DNA of 64,000 nt from IMG/VR virus record IMGVR_UViG_3300042691_015660; one strand, given 5' to 3'. The notes below the pieces were generated by a model. The model saw only the letters and a program-made list of their open reading frames with translations. It had not been told where the DNA came from and made no database searches. Shown here piece after piece: positions 27,793-37,598 of this stretch (positions are counted from its first letter, which is position 1; each line of letters opens with the position of its first letter). The translations under genes and the position numbers were made by a program. This stretch comes from a virus.

Positions 27793-29191
27793 TAAAAATC
27801 TCCTTCATTTCAGGAAAGGTTTCAGCAAAATTAAGACCACGCTGATTATCGATCAGCTGAATGTATTCTTTTAATTCGGGCAATCTTATACTCCAATCTT
27901 CACTTTCCATAAATTGTAACATACCCTCTAATCTATTAATTCCGTAACTGGCATCACGCCACATATCATATGTTACATAATCTTTTTTTGACTCAGGAAC
28001 TCCTTTTTGCCAATTAGCTTCCCACCACGGATAAAATTCTTCGTATTTTTGTCTACATTTTTCTTTAAACCATTTTGGAAGAACTTTAACATTTAGGTGC
28101 GGAGGATGATACACAAAATGATAATTTATTCCGCCGGCTCCTAATGGCCACATATTAACTTTTTTAAAATTCTGACTTAATTTCCATTTTAAAAAATCTG
28201 GAAGATAATAAACATTTAATGCCTGAACAGCACACGCGATAGTTACTTCTACATTAGAAGAAGTAGCTTTATCTAATATATGAAATACTTCGTGAGTCCT
28301 GTCCCACTCGCTTGGATAACGTATATAACTATTCATTTTTTCAATACTATCTACACTATAATGAAACCGTACTAGTTTAAATTCCTTCCACAATTTAAAT
28401 AAATCTTCTCTCCATTCCACACCATTACTATTATAACGCAATTCTAAATTCTTGGCATGGCCTTGTCTAATAGCTTCTTCTAGTATTTCGTAATGTTCTT
28501 CAATAATTAAACTTTCGCCGCCAGCAAAATATAGTTGTTGCATGTGCGGTATTTGTTCATTAAACTGTTTCCAAAAGGTGGGGTTATTTTTATGCCAGTT
28601 ATAACTACTTCCGTTAATACTACCTTTATTTGACCACTGCGCAGTTTCTTTTAAACTTGTATTTTGTATCTGAGGATATATGGCTTGCCAATCTTTGATC
28701 CAACCTGAACTGTCATGCGGGCTACACATTACACAGGCAAGTTGACATTTGGTTCCGAATCGCAAATCAATATAACTAAGTTGAGGTGGAATACTACCAT
28801 CCTCTGATGTATTGGCTATTAGTTGTTCTAAATCTACTCTCTGCCGCCAATACTCCGTTTCCCACATACGCTTACTATTGTGCCCGGCTTCTTCTTCCTT
28901 ATAACATTTAGTACAGCTCGGAGGTTCTTCACCAGCTAACATTTTTAATCTAACGTTTTTCATATAAGTACTATTCCAGCTACTTAAGAAGTCGCTAACA
29001 TTTAAATTACTAGGCTTGCCTTCGTCTGTTTTTAATACGCCTACCATACCTCCATGCTGTTTATCATTAGTAGGACCCACACTACTAGCATTAGCTGTAC
29101 AACATACTCTCATACTGCCGTCTGGTCGTGTACTTAAATGTATCCAAGGAAGGAGACAAAATGTTTTACTAGGTAATTTATTTGTTGACAT
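27785..29191 (-). CDS. Radical SAM enzyme, N-terminal twitch (subtype B)
   Basis: CLLPW..VCC..CTKC; CQLACVMC; AGGES. Confidence 0.88.
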   Translation of the reverse strand: MSTNKLPSKTFCLLPWIHLSTRPDGSMRVCCTANASSVGPTNDKQHGGMVGVLKTDEGKPSNLNVSDFLSSWNSTYMKNVRLKMLAGEEPPSCTKCYKEEEAGHNSKRMWETEYWRQRVDLEQLIANTSEDGSIPPQLSYIDLRFGTKCQLACVMCSPHDSSGWIKDWQAIYPQIQNTSLKETAQWSNKGSINGSSYNWHKNNPTFWKQFNEQIPHMQQLYFAGGESLIIEEHYEILEEAIRQGHAKNLELRYNSNGVEWREDLFKLWKEFKLVRFHYSVDSIEKMNSYIRYPSEWDRTHEVFHILDKATSSNVEVTIACAVQALNVYYLPDFLKWKLSQNFKKVNMWPLGAGGINYHFVYHPPHLNVKVLPKWFKEKCRQKYEEFYPWWEANWQKGVPESKKDYVTYDMWRDASYGINRLEGMLQFMESEDWSIRLPELKEYIQLIDNQRGLNFAETFPEMKEIFNG

Positions 29192-30245
29192 AATTTATTT
29201 CGTTTTGATATGCTTTATTATAAGCACAAGTTCTGATACATCTTATAAAATGTTTGGCGTGAATAGGGTTCCAACTTTCGGATAATATATGATCAAACCA
29301 AGGATGTGCCAATACTTCATCAATAGAATGCTCACGTAAACTATTCCAACCTTCTGTATATTCACCTAATTTTTCTGCAATACTTTCTTTATTTTTAAAC
29401 ATACTATCCCATAAAAAACAACAAGGCCACATAGTTTGATTACTAGCTATAAAAATTTCACCTTCGTGGACAAGTTTGCATGCTATTGAATTTAAAATTT
29501 CTTGCTGTTTATCAACTATTGGAATCATAAACATTCCTTTATTGTATGTCGAAATAAACTTGTCTAAATCTTTAACTAGATCTTTTTTACTATGTTCTTT
29601 AGTACCTGTCGTGGTAATTACTACTTGCTCTTTTGTTTTATCTTTCTTTCTAATTTCTGCTATCCAATTATGATAACTATTTCTCATACCTGTTCTTGTA
29701 GCGAATTTAAAACCTAATTGATTAGCGTGATTCTGTGCTATTGTTAATTCGTGCTCGTTATGATCAAATACTATGTAAATCCACGTAGCCTGTCCGTGTG
29801 CCTCAGAATAAGCTATCATATTTTTTTCTATAACGCTAAAAAGTGTATTAACTCTATAGATATGATTAGTTTCCTTATGTCCATCAACACAAAAATTAAC
29901 ATCAACTAAATTAGTTTTCTTACTTAATTCTCCGAGTTTACCCCACCAGCTCGCTGAATTCAATCCGCCATTTGTACTAATTTGACAGTATCCATTATTA
30001 GTAACCAGATAGTCTATCATGTCATAGCATTCTTTATTAGCAATAGGATCGCCTAACACACCACAAAATTTAAATTCTTTACCTTGTATATGTCTTGTAG
30101 TAGGAAACATTCTTTTTAAATCGTCTAGCCCAAAACTGTTTATTTCTAAAATATCAGGATTTTGTGTTCGTGCGCATCCAGGACAAGCAGCATTACAATT
30201 GCTAGTAATTTCTAATTCTACTTTTTTAATATTATCTATATTCAT
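29178..30245 (-). CDS. Radical SAM enzyme with C-terminal twitch/SPASM (subtype C)
   Basis: CNAACPGC, CGVLGDP, C-terminal CK..PCC..CIRTC. Confidence 0.88.
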   Translation of the reverse strand: MNIDNIKKVELEITSNCNAACPGCARTQNPDILEINSFGLDDLKRMFPTTRHIQGKEFKFCGVLGDPIANKECYDMIDYLVTNNGYCQISTNGGLNSASWWGKLGELSKKTNLVDVNFCVDGHKETNHIYRVNTLFSVIEKNMIAYSEAHGQATWIYIVFDHNEHELTIAQNHANQLGFKFATRTGMRNSYHNWIAEIRKKDKTKEQVVITTTGTKEHSKKDLVKDLDKFISTYNKGMFMIPIVDKQQEILNSIACKLVHEGEIFIASNQTMWPCCFLWDSMFKNKESIAEKLGEYTEGWNSLREHSIDEVLAHPWFDHILSESWNPIHAKHFIRCIRTCAYNKAYQNEINYVNK

Positions 30246-31414
30246 TTAAATTGATCACTAAAGGCATCATATTTAGCACCACATGTTTTAGCACAAATAG
30301 CTAATTTTCCGTCGGCACAACTTGGCTGATTCCAACTATTAGGAATTACTTCTGTAAAATATTTGCCGTTTATAATATCTTCCAATCTGTTCAGTTTAGC
30401 ATTTAAGTTGTTTTTACCTACTTCATTGATTGCTTGCCAGATCTGTCCTCCTAACGGCTTCCAATACCAAACATACATTTGCCCGGCTGTCCAGCAACAA
30501 GGTTGAACTATACCTTCGGCACTAATGTAAACGGACTTTTCCTCTGCTACCTTACACTTTATTTCTACTGAGTCCCAATATTTTTCCATTTCTTTCTTTG
30601 TATCGGGATTAAAACTAAACATTTGCCTACCTTGGATTTCCTCAGCATCTTTAGCAGTACTAGGTAAAAATTTAATTTCTGTAATTGTCTCACTAGCTAT
30701 TTTACTTAATTCTTGTAAGCTGCTATTTCTATATTTAGAACTAGTAGGAGATTGTAATAGAGTAGTAGCTATACCTTTTCGATTAGCTGCTTGATGTATT
30801 TCTTTTGTTGTTCCGCTGGCATTACTAAAAAATCTCGCACTTTTTTTGTACTGAAACTTTTCAAATCCCATTTTCTTACTTAAAGCTTCTGCTTGTTCAA
30901 CTTGATGTTCGTTATGAGCAAACACAATATAATCCCAGCGAGCTCGACCGCCGGCATTAATAAATGCTTGGGCATTCTCCATTATTTTAGGCCATATAGT
31001 ATTTTGTCTATATAGATGATTTGTATCTTCTAATCCGTCTATACTAAAAACTACATAACTATTTTTACCTAATACATTCGCTAATTCTTTCCACCAATCA
31101 GATTTTTTAGCACTACCATTAGTATACATGTTAAGATTCATTTTAGAATTATGTCGTCTAAAATAATCAAATACTTCTAAGGTATCTTTAGCAGCGATAG
31201 GATCTCCATAATTACCACACATGTAAAGACGAGTTAATTGTGCTACAAATTCTGGCTCAAATATTTTTTCACAATCAGATAAACTTAATTCTGTACCAGG
31301 CAATTGCGGGTTGTCTTCTCCGCCATTGATATTTCTCGCACACATAGGACAGGCAGCATTACAATTATCTGTCATTTCTAAATGAACTGTTCTAATTTCT
31401 GAATACTTATACAT
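30242..31414 (-). CDS. Radical SAM enzyme with C-terminal twitch/SPASM (subtype C)
   Basis: CNAACPMC, CGNYGDP, C-terminal CK..PCC..CAKTC. Confidence 0.88.
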   Translation of the reverse strand: MYKYSEIRTVHLEMTDNCNAACPMCARNINGGEDNPQLPGTELSLSDCEKIFEPEFVAQLTRLYMCGNYGDPIAAKDTLEVFDYFRRHNSKMNLNMYTNGSAKKSDWWKELANVLGKNSYVVFSIDGLEDTNHLYRQNTIWPKIMENAQAFINAGGRARWDYIVFAHNEHQVEQAEALSKKMGFEKFQYKKSARFFSNASGTTKEIHQAANRKGIATTLLQSPTSSKYRNSSLQELSKIASETITEIKFLPSTAKDAEEIQGRQMFSFNPDTKKEMEKYWDSVEIKCKVAEEKSVYISAEGIVQPCCWTAGQMYVWYWKPLGGQIWQAINEVGKNNLNAKLNRLEDIINGKYFTEVIPNSWNQPSCADGKLAICAKTCGAKYDAFSDQFK

Positions 31415-31637
31415 TATCTAAAATAATATTAACTGTGACTCCAGGCCCGACACGACTAGGTAAATCACCGTACTGATCAATATACCATCTAATAACAGAT
31501 TTGTACCAATTTTGACTGTTATGATGCGCTTGTTGATTAAATTTATAAATGTTATTATTAGTTGCTTCCATAGTAGCCACAGCTCGAGCACACTCTTTCT
31601 GTAAGGTTCTTAAATCATATTGATCTAAATCTATCAT
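31407..31637 (-). CDS. Small hypothetical protein heading the radical SAM run
   Basis: 76 aa, overlaps both neighbours. Confidence 0.6.
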   Translation of the reverse strand: MIDLDQYDLRTLQKECARAVATMEATNNNIYKFNQQAHHNSQNWYKSVIRWYIDQYGDLPSRVGPGVTVNIILDNV

Positions 31638-32485
31638 GGGTATCCAATTAACATAACTCTTTTATATCCTTTTAATTGTAATTCGCCTTCATAAAGGATT
31701 TCACTCATGGGATATTTCTTTTTCATATGATCTATACTGTGAACACAATTGATGTGTTCTTCTACATCAAATAAGTTGTTACTTTGAATTACTACAATGG
31801 GTTTATTTTCAAACTCTTTGAATCTAATAGAATCATACCATCTTTCATCCATGTGTTCAGCAGATGTATTAACTATAAGATCTGGCATGAAAGTTTCACT
31901 AAAAATTTTCGATTCTACATTCTTAAAGTTTTCGACATTGAGCATATATCCAGATTTATGAATAATAAGATCGCTTATATCAGCACATATAGATTTAACT
32001 CTATAATTTTCAATTAAATGTAAATTAAAAATATCGTCGCTAATTAAACAGGCTGATCGGTCCATGTCTACTACTCTTACTTTTCCAAATTTTAATTCTC
32101 TAAAATATTGAAGAAGTTGTCCGTACCATCCTGCTAATATTAAAACATTTTTATGTTCTGTTCGAATTTTTCTCAATTCCTCTGCTAGCCATACCTTACT
32201 TTGTACTTGACCTCTGCTAAAAGCATCTTGTAAATGTCTAGGATTATGTTCCTCTCTGTAATACTTATGAAAAGCAGTAAAAATATTATTATGAGTAAAT
32301 TTTCTTAACATACTAATAAATTCTACAATATCAGCTTCTTCAGTTAAAGTAATCATTGGATTGTTAGCGTATAACATTTTTAAAATAAAATCTACATAAT
32401 TACTAGATGTTTCGTCGCCTTGAAACTTAAAAAATTCTTGTAGCCCGTGTAACCAAGATATAGCACTTTTATCAACTTCTTCCAT
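31634..32485 (-). CDS. Class I SAM-dependent methyltransferase-like protein
   Basis: VLILAGWYG motif I, VVDMD motif II, IVNTSAEHM. Confidence 0.6.
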   Translation of the reverse strand: MEEVDKSAISWLHGLQEFFKFQGDETSSNYVDFILKMLYANNPMITLTEEADIVEFISMLRKFTHNNIFTAFHKYYREEHNPRHLQDAFSRGQVQSKVWLAEELRKIRTEHKNVLILAGWYGQLLQYFRELKFGKVRVVDMDRSACLISDDIFNLHLIENYRVKSICADISDLIIHKSGYMLNVENFKNVESKIFSETFMPDLIVNTSAEHMDERWYDSIRFKEFENKPIVVIQSNNLFDVEEHINCVHSIDHMKKKYPMSEILYEGELQLKGYKRVMLIGYP

Positions 32486-33158
32486 TATAACTCCTATTAA
32501 ATTGCTCTTTCAACCACGTAAAGTCATTAATTTTTTTTAATTCTTCTAAATTATCTTTATTCTCAATTCCATATTTTTCGCCGTCAATTGCTCCGCGAAT
32601 AGCATATTCCCCAAATGGTCTATCATTACCTATAGTTTTCCAAACAAGTAGACGATTTTCTGTTTCGTCTGTCTTTTGTCTATCTATGACTTTACTAGAT
32701 AATTTACAACACTCTCTAAAAGCACTTCTCCAAGTACTGAATGGTTCTGTATTAAAAGCAGTAATGTTACTAACTTCTGTCATAGGTTTAAAATGTTTAC
32801 TGATACTAGTAGTCATATCTGGTCTAGTAGTATCCATATCTAGTGTAGCTAATCTGGGTAATAATTTTACTCCGCCAAATCCATACTCTAAGTCATTAAT
32901 AGGATTACGACTTCTCCAAACATGTACAAAATTTGTTTCTTTTGTTGTGTAACTAAAATCAAAACTTTCTAAAATTTCAGCATCGGCATCTACTACCCAA
33001 AACATATTAGTAAAACATTTACTAGCTGCGGCAATGTGAGCCCGATGTATACCTGTAATTCCTGATACTCTTTTAGCCCACGGGAATCTATTAGCCAGAT
33101 ATTGCCAATTTTTTTCAGCATTTAATTCATTATAACTTATAAAAACAATATCGTACAT
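32472..33158 (-). CDS. GT-A (GT2-like) glycosyltransferase, paralog 1
   Basis: DIVFISYNE, AHIAAA, WVVDAD (DxD), YGFGGVK, WRSAFRE. Confidence 0.7.
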   Translation of the reverse strand: MYDIVFISYNELNAEKNWQYLANRFPWAKRVSGITGIHRAHIAAASKCFTNMFWVVDADAEILESFDFSYTTKETNFVHVWRSRNPINDLEYGFGGVKLLPRLATLDMDTTRPDMTTSISKHFKPMTEVSNITAFNTEPFSTWRSAFRECCKLSSKVIDRQKTDETENRLLVWKTIGNDRPFGEYAIRGAIDGEKYGIENKDNLEELKKINDFTWLKEQFNRSYNGRS

Positions 33159-34075
33159 TACGAAATCACCATGTTATTTTTCATCCTTGGAGGATTTGTA
33201 TACAGCGTTTTAAACAGAATACTCTGGTTACCATTAAATGGAGCGTCTACATTGATACCTAATTCATGTTCTAGTGTTTCGCCTATACTTATTATTTCGT
33301 ATGGCAATATATCAGTAGATATTTTACTTTCTATTTCCTCCCAGAAAGCATTTAACCGTTTAAAATCTCTAACATTTAGATAATCCCACTCAGAGCAATT
33401 AGTCATATAACATCCTTGTCTAGCTCCATAGATTGCCCAAATGCCATTTTGTACATCCATCCCAACATGCATCCAAATTAATAAACGATGTAAATTTTTC
33501 CAGTGTATTTGTCTATCAAATGATCTATCCTTAGTAGGTTTAGAGCCTTCTAATAAACTCATCTTTACACCTTCGCGAAATCCTGCTCGCCATGCTTGTT
33601 GTGGACTACCGTTATTATAAACATCGCTCATACATTTGTCCATTTGAATATAATTTATATCCCAACAGAAATCGACTTGAGTTTTAGAATTGTCGGATTC
33701 AGCATTTTCATGTGTACGCATGTTTAAAATTAATTCTGTTGGCCAACATTTAATACCGCCATTTCCGTAAATTAATCCATTAATAACATTTCTTGCTCCC
33801 CAACTTATTACACAATTCATATCAGAATCATTGTAAAACTCTACTTCTTGATTAATTAATTCTGGCCTGACAATATTGTCACCGTCAATAATCACTACTC
33901 TTTCAGTTTCTGCTATTCTTGCACAAGCTTTGTGAGCACTATCACTTCCATCTACTCCGTGTACACGTTTAGCCCATGGTATTTTCGTTAACAGATCGGC
34001 GTAATTTTGTTCGGCATTTGGCTCATCATAACTTAGATAAACTATATCGCATTCTGCTACTTTTATTTTAGGCAT
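33158..34075 (-). CDS. GT-A (GT2-like) glycosyltransferase, paralog 2
   Basis: DIVYLSYDE, AHKACA, IIDGD (DxD), YGNGGIK, WRAGFRE. Confidence 0.7.
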   Translation of the reverse strand: MPKIKVAECDIVYLSYDEPNAEQNYADLLTKIPWAKRVHGVDGSDSAHKACARIAETERVVIIDGDNIVRPELINQEVEFYNDSDMNCVISWGARNVINGLIYGNGGIKCWPTELILNMRTHENAESDNSKTQVDFCWDINYIQMDKCMSDVYNNGSPQQAWRAGFREGVKMSLLEGSKPTKDRSFDRQIHWKNLHRLLIWMHVGMDVQNGIWAIYGARQGCYMTNCSEWDYLNVRDFKRLNAFWEEIESKISTDILPYEIISIGETLEHELGINVDAPFNGNQSILFKTLYTNPPRMKNNMVIS

Positions 34076-34571
34076 AATCTATTCCGTAAGAGTCATGTAT
34101 TTTTTTAGTTAACACAATAAAATCTTCGTTGTGTTCTTCTAAATCAACAATAAATGGTATTGAGCTAATTTTTTTAGCAGGAACTTTAATTTCTCGAAAT
34201 AAGAAATTTAAATTATCTTTTTTACAGATGTAAAAACTAAATTCAACTAATTTAGCCTGATCGTCTAGTTTTATATCCCACGAAGATTTTTTCGAATTAT
34301 GAAATATTATTACTTGTTCTTTTCCAGTAGCTTTACTAATTTCATAGAAATCTTTATAAACAGAAATCGATGTTTCCGTTGTTAATTTTATCTGTTTAGT
34401 TCCAGAACCTAAACTTTGAATTTTAAATTTAGTAAAATCTTTTGATCCGTTTAAAAAATCCGATATCTCATTTTCTTCTGCTTCTATAAAATCTCCAGAA
34501 GATCTTTTTTCATTTGTAATAGAAGTTATATTTCCTTCTTCGTCATAATATACAAAAAATTTAAATGCCAC
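34068..34571 (-). CDS. Hypothetical protein
   Basis: 167 aa, overlaps both neighbours. Confidence 0.6.
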   Translation of the reverse strand: MAFKFFVYYDEEGNITSITNEKRSSGDFIEAEENEISDFLNGSKDFTKFKIQSLGSGTKQIKLTTETSISVYKDFYEISKATGKEQVIIFHNSKKSSWDIKLDDQAKLVEFSFYICKKDNLNFLFREIKVPAKKISSIPFIVDLEEHNEDFIVLTKKIHDSYGIDYA

Positions 34572-35394
34572 AACTAACCTCTATTTTCTTTAAAATATTG
34601 TTTGTTAAGAAATTATCTTCTGTATAATGAAATACACCTTGTTGTAAAATGTTGTTTATTCTAAGTTGTAACTTGTCATTAAAATGAACACTCACTGTTG
34701 ATTGCCACGATGCTGGCGGCGGATACCATCCCTGAATAGCCGGTTTCATATGTGTAAAAATTAATGGGTTGGCTTTAGAAAATTCATTTTCAGCATTCAT
34801 AATCATTGTAGCTATAGCAGCACTTACATCCATACTACAAAACTTTTGAGTATTATTTCTTGTATGTTCATTATAAAATAATCTCCAATTTTGAACAATT
34901 ATTTCTAACCATTTATAAAACTCATAAGCTATTCTATCTTTTTTAAAGTAATGTAAACCAAAATAAACATTTGGTAATTTGTTATCCACAAAAGTTTTTC
35001 TATAAACATAATCATACACAGGAACGTTTCTATAAGTGACTACATTATTAGTTAATGCCACACTTTTGTTTTCTAAATAATCCCACCAGTGGTCATTAGA
35101 CGTGAGCAATAACATATCACTGTCATATACTATAGTTTCGTCAAATGGACTTATGTGTATTAATTTCCAACGATTTTCTATTTTCCAATTGCTATGTGCT
35201 GCATCGTCTGCCCACGGCACAGTTTCTATTCTGTCAAAAGCTTTTAAATATTTTAATGGAACAACTTCGTTTGTAATCAAACAAGTTTTATTATATTTGT
35301 TGAATTTTTTAATAGTTAACGCAGCAGCATAGGCTTGTGTAACATAATCTACTGTTGTATTCTGAGCAAAAAACAAATGACCTCTACTATTCAT
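34561..35394 (-). CDS. GT-A (GT8-like) glycosyltransferase, paralog 1
   Basis: SPFDETIVYDSD (DxD), FTHMK, FHY. Confidence 0.65.
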   Translation of the reverse strand: MNSRGHLFFAQNTTVDYVTQAYAAALTIKKFNKYNKTCLITNEVVPLKYLKAFDRIETVPWADDAAHSNWKIENRWKLIHISPFDETIVYDSDMLLLTSNDHWWDYLENKSVALTNNVVTYRNVPVYDYVYRKTFVDNKLPNVYFGLHYFKKDRIAYEFYKWLEIIVQNWRLFYNEHTRNNTQKFCSMDVSAAIATMIMNAENEFSKANPLIFTHMKPAIQGWYPPPASWQSTVSVHFNDKLQLRINNILQQGVFHYTEDNFLTNNILKKIEVSCGI

Positions 35395-36217
35395 AATACG
35401 CCCTTAGTAAACTAAACTTATTCATAACATGAACGTCTAGACCATTAGTTTTTACTCCAGTAAATTCTCCTAATACCTTTTCTTTTTCTACAAGAAAAGT
35501 CATAGATTCTTTGTTTATTTTTAAAAGAATATCTTTATCTAAAGTATAAAACATTTTACCTGGAAAAGTGTCAGAAAAAAGATCGCCATCATTACCGTTT
35601 AACAAATGTATAGCTATACTAAATGCATAATCATTTCTAAATTTTTTATCATTAATTTGATAAATTAATCTATAATACTCCCAATTATCTCTAATATATT
35701 CAATTAAGCTAAAAAATATTTCATTTGATTTCACTTTTGTAAAGTAAAAAACTGTAGCCCAATAGAATGGAATAGAATATTGATTAATATATTCGAACTC
35801 TGCTGTATTTCTCCATCCCGCTAAATCGCAAGATTTTCTAAAACATAAAAAATCTTTCTGTTGATTAAACACATTAAGCAAAAAATCAGAATTAATTACG
35901 TAGTCCACATCCATAACTAAAGTTTGATCATACGGAGTTATCTGATAGGAACTTGCTCTATTTGAATTTTTCCATGTATATCTTTCTGAAAATCCATGAC
36001 CATCGCAAAACTTTTTTGTTTGTCCTGTATTATCTTTTTTTCTAATAATATTATCAAATATGTTTGAATTAAAATTTTTATGTAGATAATCTTCGCTGTC
36101 AGTTATTATTGTAACCGGCAAATTTAAATAATGTTTAATACGTTCGGTTAGCTTTATAGCTAACTTAACATAATTCATTTCTGAATTTAACGCAAAAAGT
36201 AATATACCTTTGCTCAT
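35387..36217 (-). CDS. GT-A (GT8-like) glycosyltransferase, paralog 2
   Basis: TPYDQTLVMDVD (DxD), FRND, VHVMNK. Confidence 0.65.
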   Translation of the reverse strand: MSKGILLFALNSEMNYVKLAIKLTERIKHYLNLPVTIITDSEDYLHKNFNSNIFDNIIRKKDNTGQTKKFCDGHGFSERYTWKNSNRASSYQITPYDQTLVMDVDYVINSDFLLNVFNQQKDFLCFRKSCDLAGWRNTAEFEYINQYSIPFYWATVFYFTKVKSNEIFFSLIEYIRDNWEYYRLIYQINDKKFRNDYAFSIAIHLLNGNDGDLFSDTFPGKMFYTLDKDILLKINKESMTFLVEKEKVLGEFTGVKTNGLDVHVMNKFSLLRAYYE

Positions 36218-36564
36218 AAATCTAATATACTCTTAGTATTTCTATTTTTTTTAAGTAAATCAAACTTAGAAAAGTAAGAATTATTTGCTTGGAAATGTTT
36301 ATCTAATAAGGATTCTAAAAACTTATCAATATCTTCTATTTGTATTGGCATAAAATTAGAATCAATTATTACTAATTTTTTTTCATTTGTTAAATCTTTT
36401 AAGGATTTAATGTACGTGATAGTAGCACTATCTGCTTTAAAAATTCCACCATTTTCGAAATGGAAAAGAGACTGTTCGTATTCTTCTTTTAAAATACGTT
36501 TTTGATTAGCAATGGTTGCCATGAGATTGCTAATTTCAAAGGCTTTTTCAATATTTTGATTCAC
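36214..36564 (-). CDS. Hypothetical protein, first gene of the enzyme array
   Basis: GTG start with GGAG RBS; 116 aa. Confidence 0.6.
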   Translation of the reverse strand: MNQNIEKAFEISNLMATIANQKRILKEEYEQSLFHFENGGIFKADSATITYIKSLKDLTNEKKLVIIDSNFMPIQIEDIDKFLESLLDKHFQANNSYFSKFDLLKKNRNTKSILDL

Positions 36565-36625
36565 AAAAACTCCACAATTATAACAGTATATTATAATTAT
36601 GCGTTTTTAAGAGTAGGAGAGTGAA

Positions 36626-37588
36626 TTATGAACCGGTTAAGCCGGACGAAGATCCGGTAGGAGCAGTAACACTAACATTGCTACCTGAAGGTCTGAATAT
36701 AGTCACTACACTGCCAGTCGTTCCGGTAACTGTTTCATCGACTTTATTAGGATAAGGATCAGCTGGAGTAGTATCGTCTCCGATATCAGCATCTACAAAA
36801 TTAACAGTGATAATTACTTGTGAAGGATTTAGTGCGGTGTTTACTCTAGCTTGAATTTGATAATAATTTTCAGCATAGTTTCCGGCAGGAGCATTTTTAA
36901 TATATATTTGTTGATTTGTTGCTGTTAAATCATAAAAGCCGATAGCACTACCAGTACCCCGTTGATCAGAAGGACTTGTGTCGAAACTACCAGCAACTGT
37001 ATCTGTTAAGGTGTAATTCATATATATAGTGCCTTGACCTTTGACCGTGGCATTATCTCCTAACATGTTAGTCCAAACAGTGTCCTTAGATGTAGCAGCA
37101 GCACCTGATCTGTAAGCACGTATTCTTATATCTCCACCGGCATTAAAAAAATATCTAGCATCATTGTTTGTACTAAAATCAATTGTTATAGTATGAGTGA
37201 TTAAGACCTTCCAATTTGAAAAAGTCGAGGATCCACCAGTAATTGACTCTACACTACCTTGATTACTTGCTACTTCTCTTTTATTAGATGTTATAACATC
37301 TGCAAAAACATCTGCTTGATTCCAAACAGCATATGAAAGTTTTTCAGATGACGTTACTGCTACAAGACTACCTTCAGGATCTACTCCTGTTTGGTGATAC
37401 CTAGCTTTGATTAAATCGTTTCTTAAATTAGTCCAAGATGCTACAGAGATATCGTTATTCAATGATTCACTAGCACTCGAGAGTACTTGTCCATAACCAT
37501 CGGTATTTGTACCCATTACAGCATTAATTTTGTTATAAATTATGTTATAATCACTTGCTTGAATTTTTTGACCAATTGCTATAGTCAT
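36626..37588 (-). CDS. Putative virion structural protein (paralog of 37599-38507)
   Basis: Thr/Ser/Gly-rich; shares GYGQVLSS, RYFFNAGG, SKDTxWTN, KVDExVTG, FRPSGSNVSV. Confidence 0.65.
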   Translation of the reverse strand: MTIAIGQKIQASDYNIIYNKINAVMGTNTDGYGQVLSSASESLNNDISVASWTNLRNDLIKARYHQTGVDPEGSLVAVTSSEKLSYAVWNQADVFADVITSNKREVASNQGSVESITGGSSTFSNWKVLITHTITIDFSTNNDARYFFNAGGDIRIRAYRSGAAATSKDTVWTNMLGDNATVKGQGTIYMNYTLTDTVAGSFDTSPSDQRGTGSAIGFYDLTATNQQIYIKNAPAGNYAENYYQIQARVNTALNPSQVIITVNFVDADIGDDTTPADPYPNKVDETVTGTTGSVVTIFRPSGSNVSVTAPTGSSSGLTGS

Positions 37589-37598
37589 TTATAGTCCT

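Noticed and set aside
18139-31637. Classical RiPP or cofactor (PQQ, MoCo, heme d1) biosynthesis cluster
   Set aside because: No clear precursor, RRE, protease, transporter or cofactor-pathway partners; the neighbours are glycosyltransferases.
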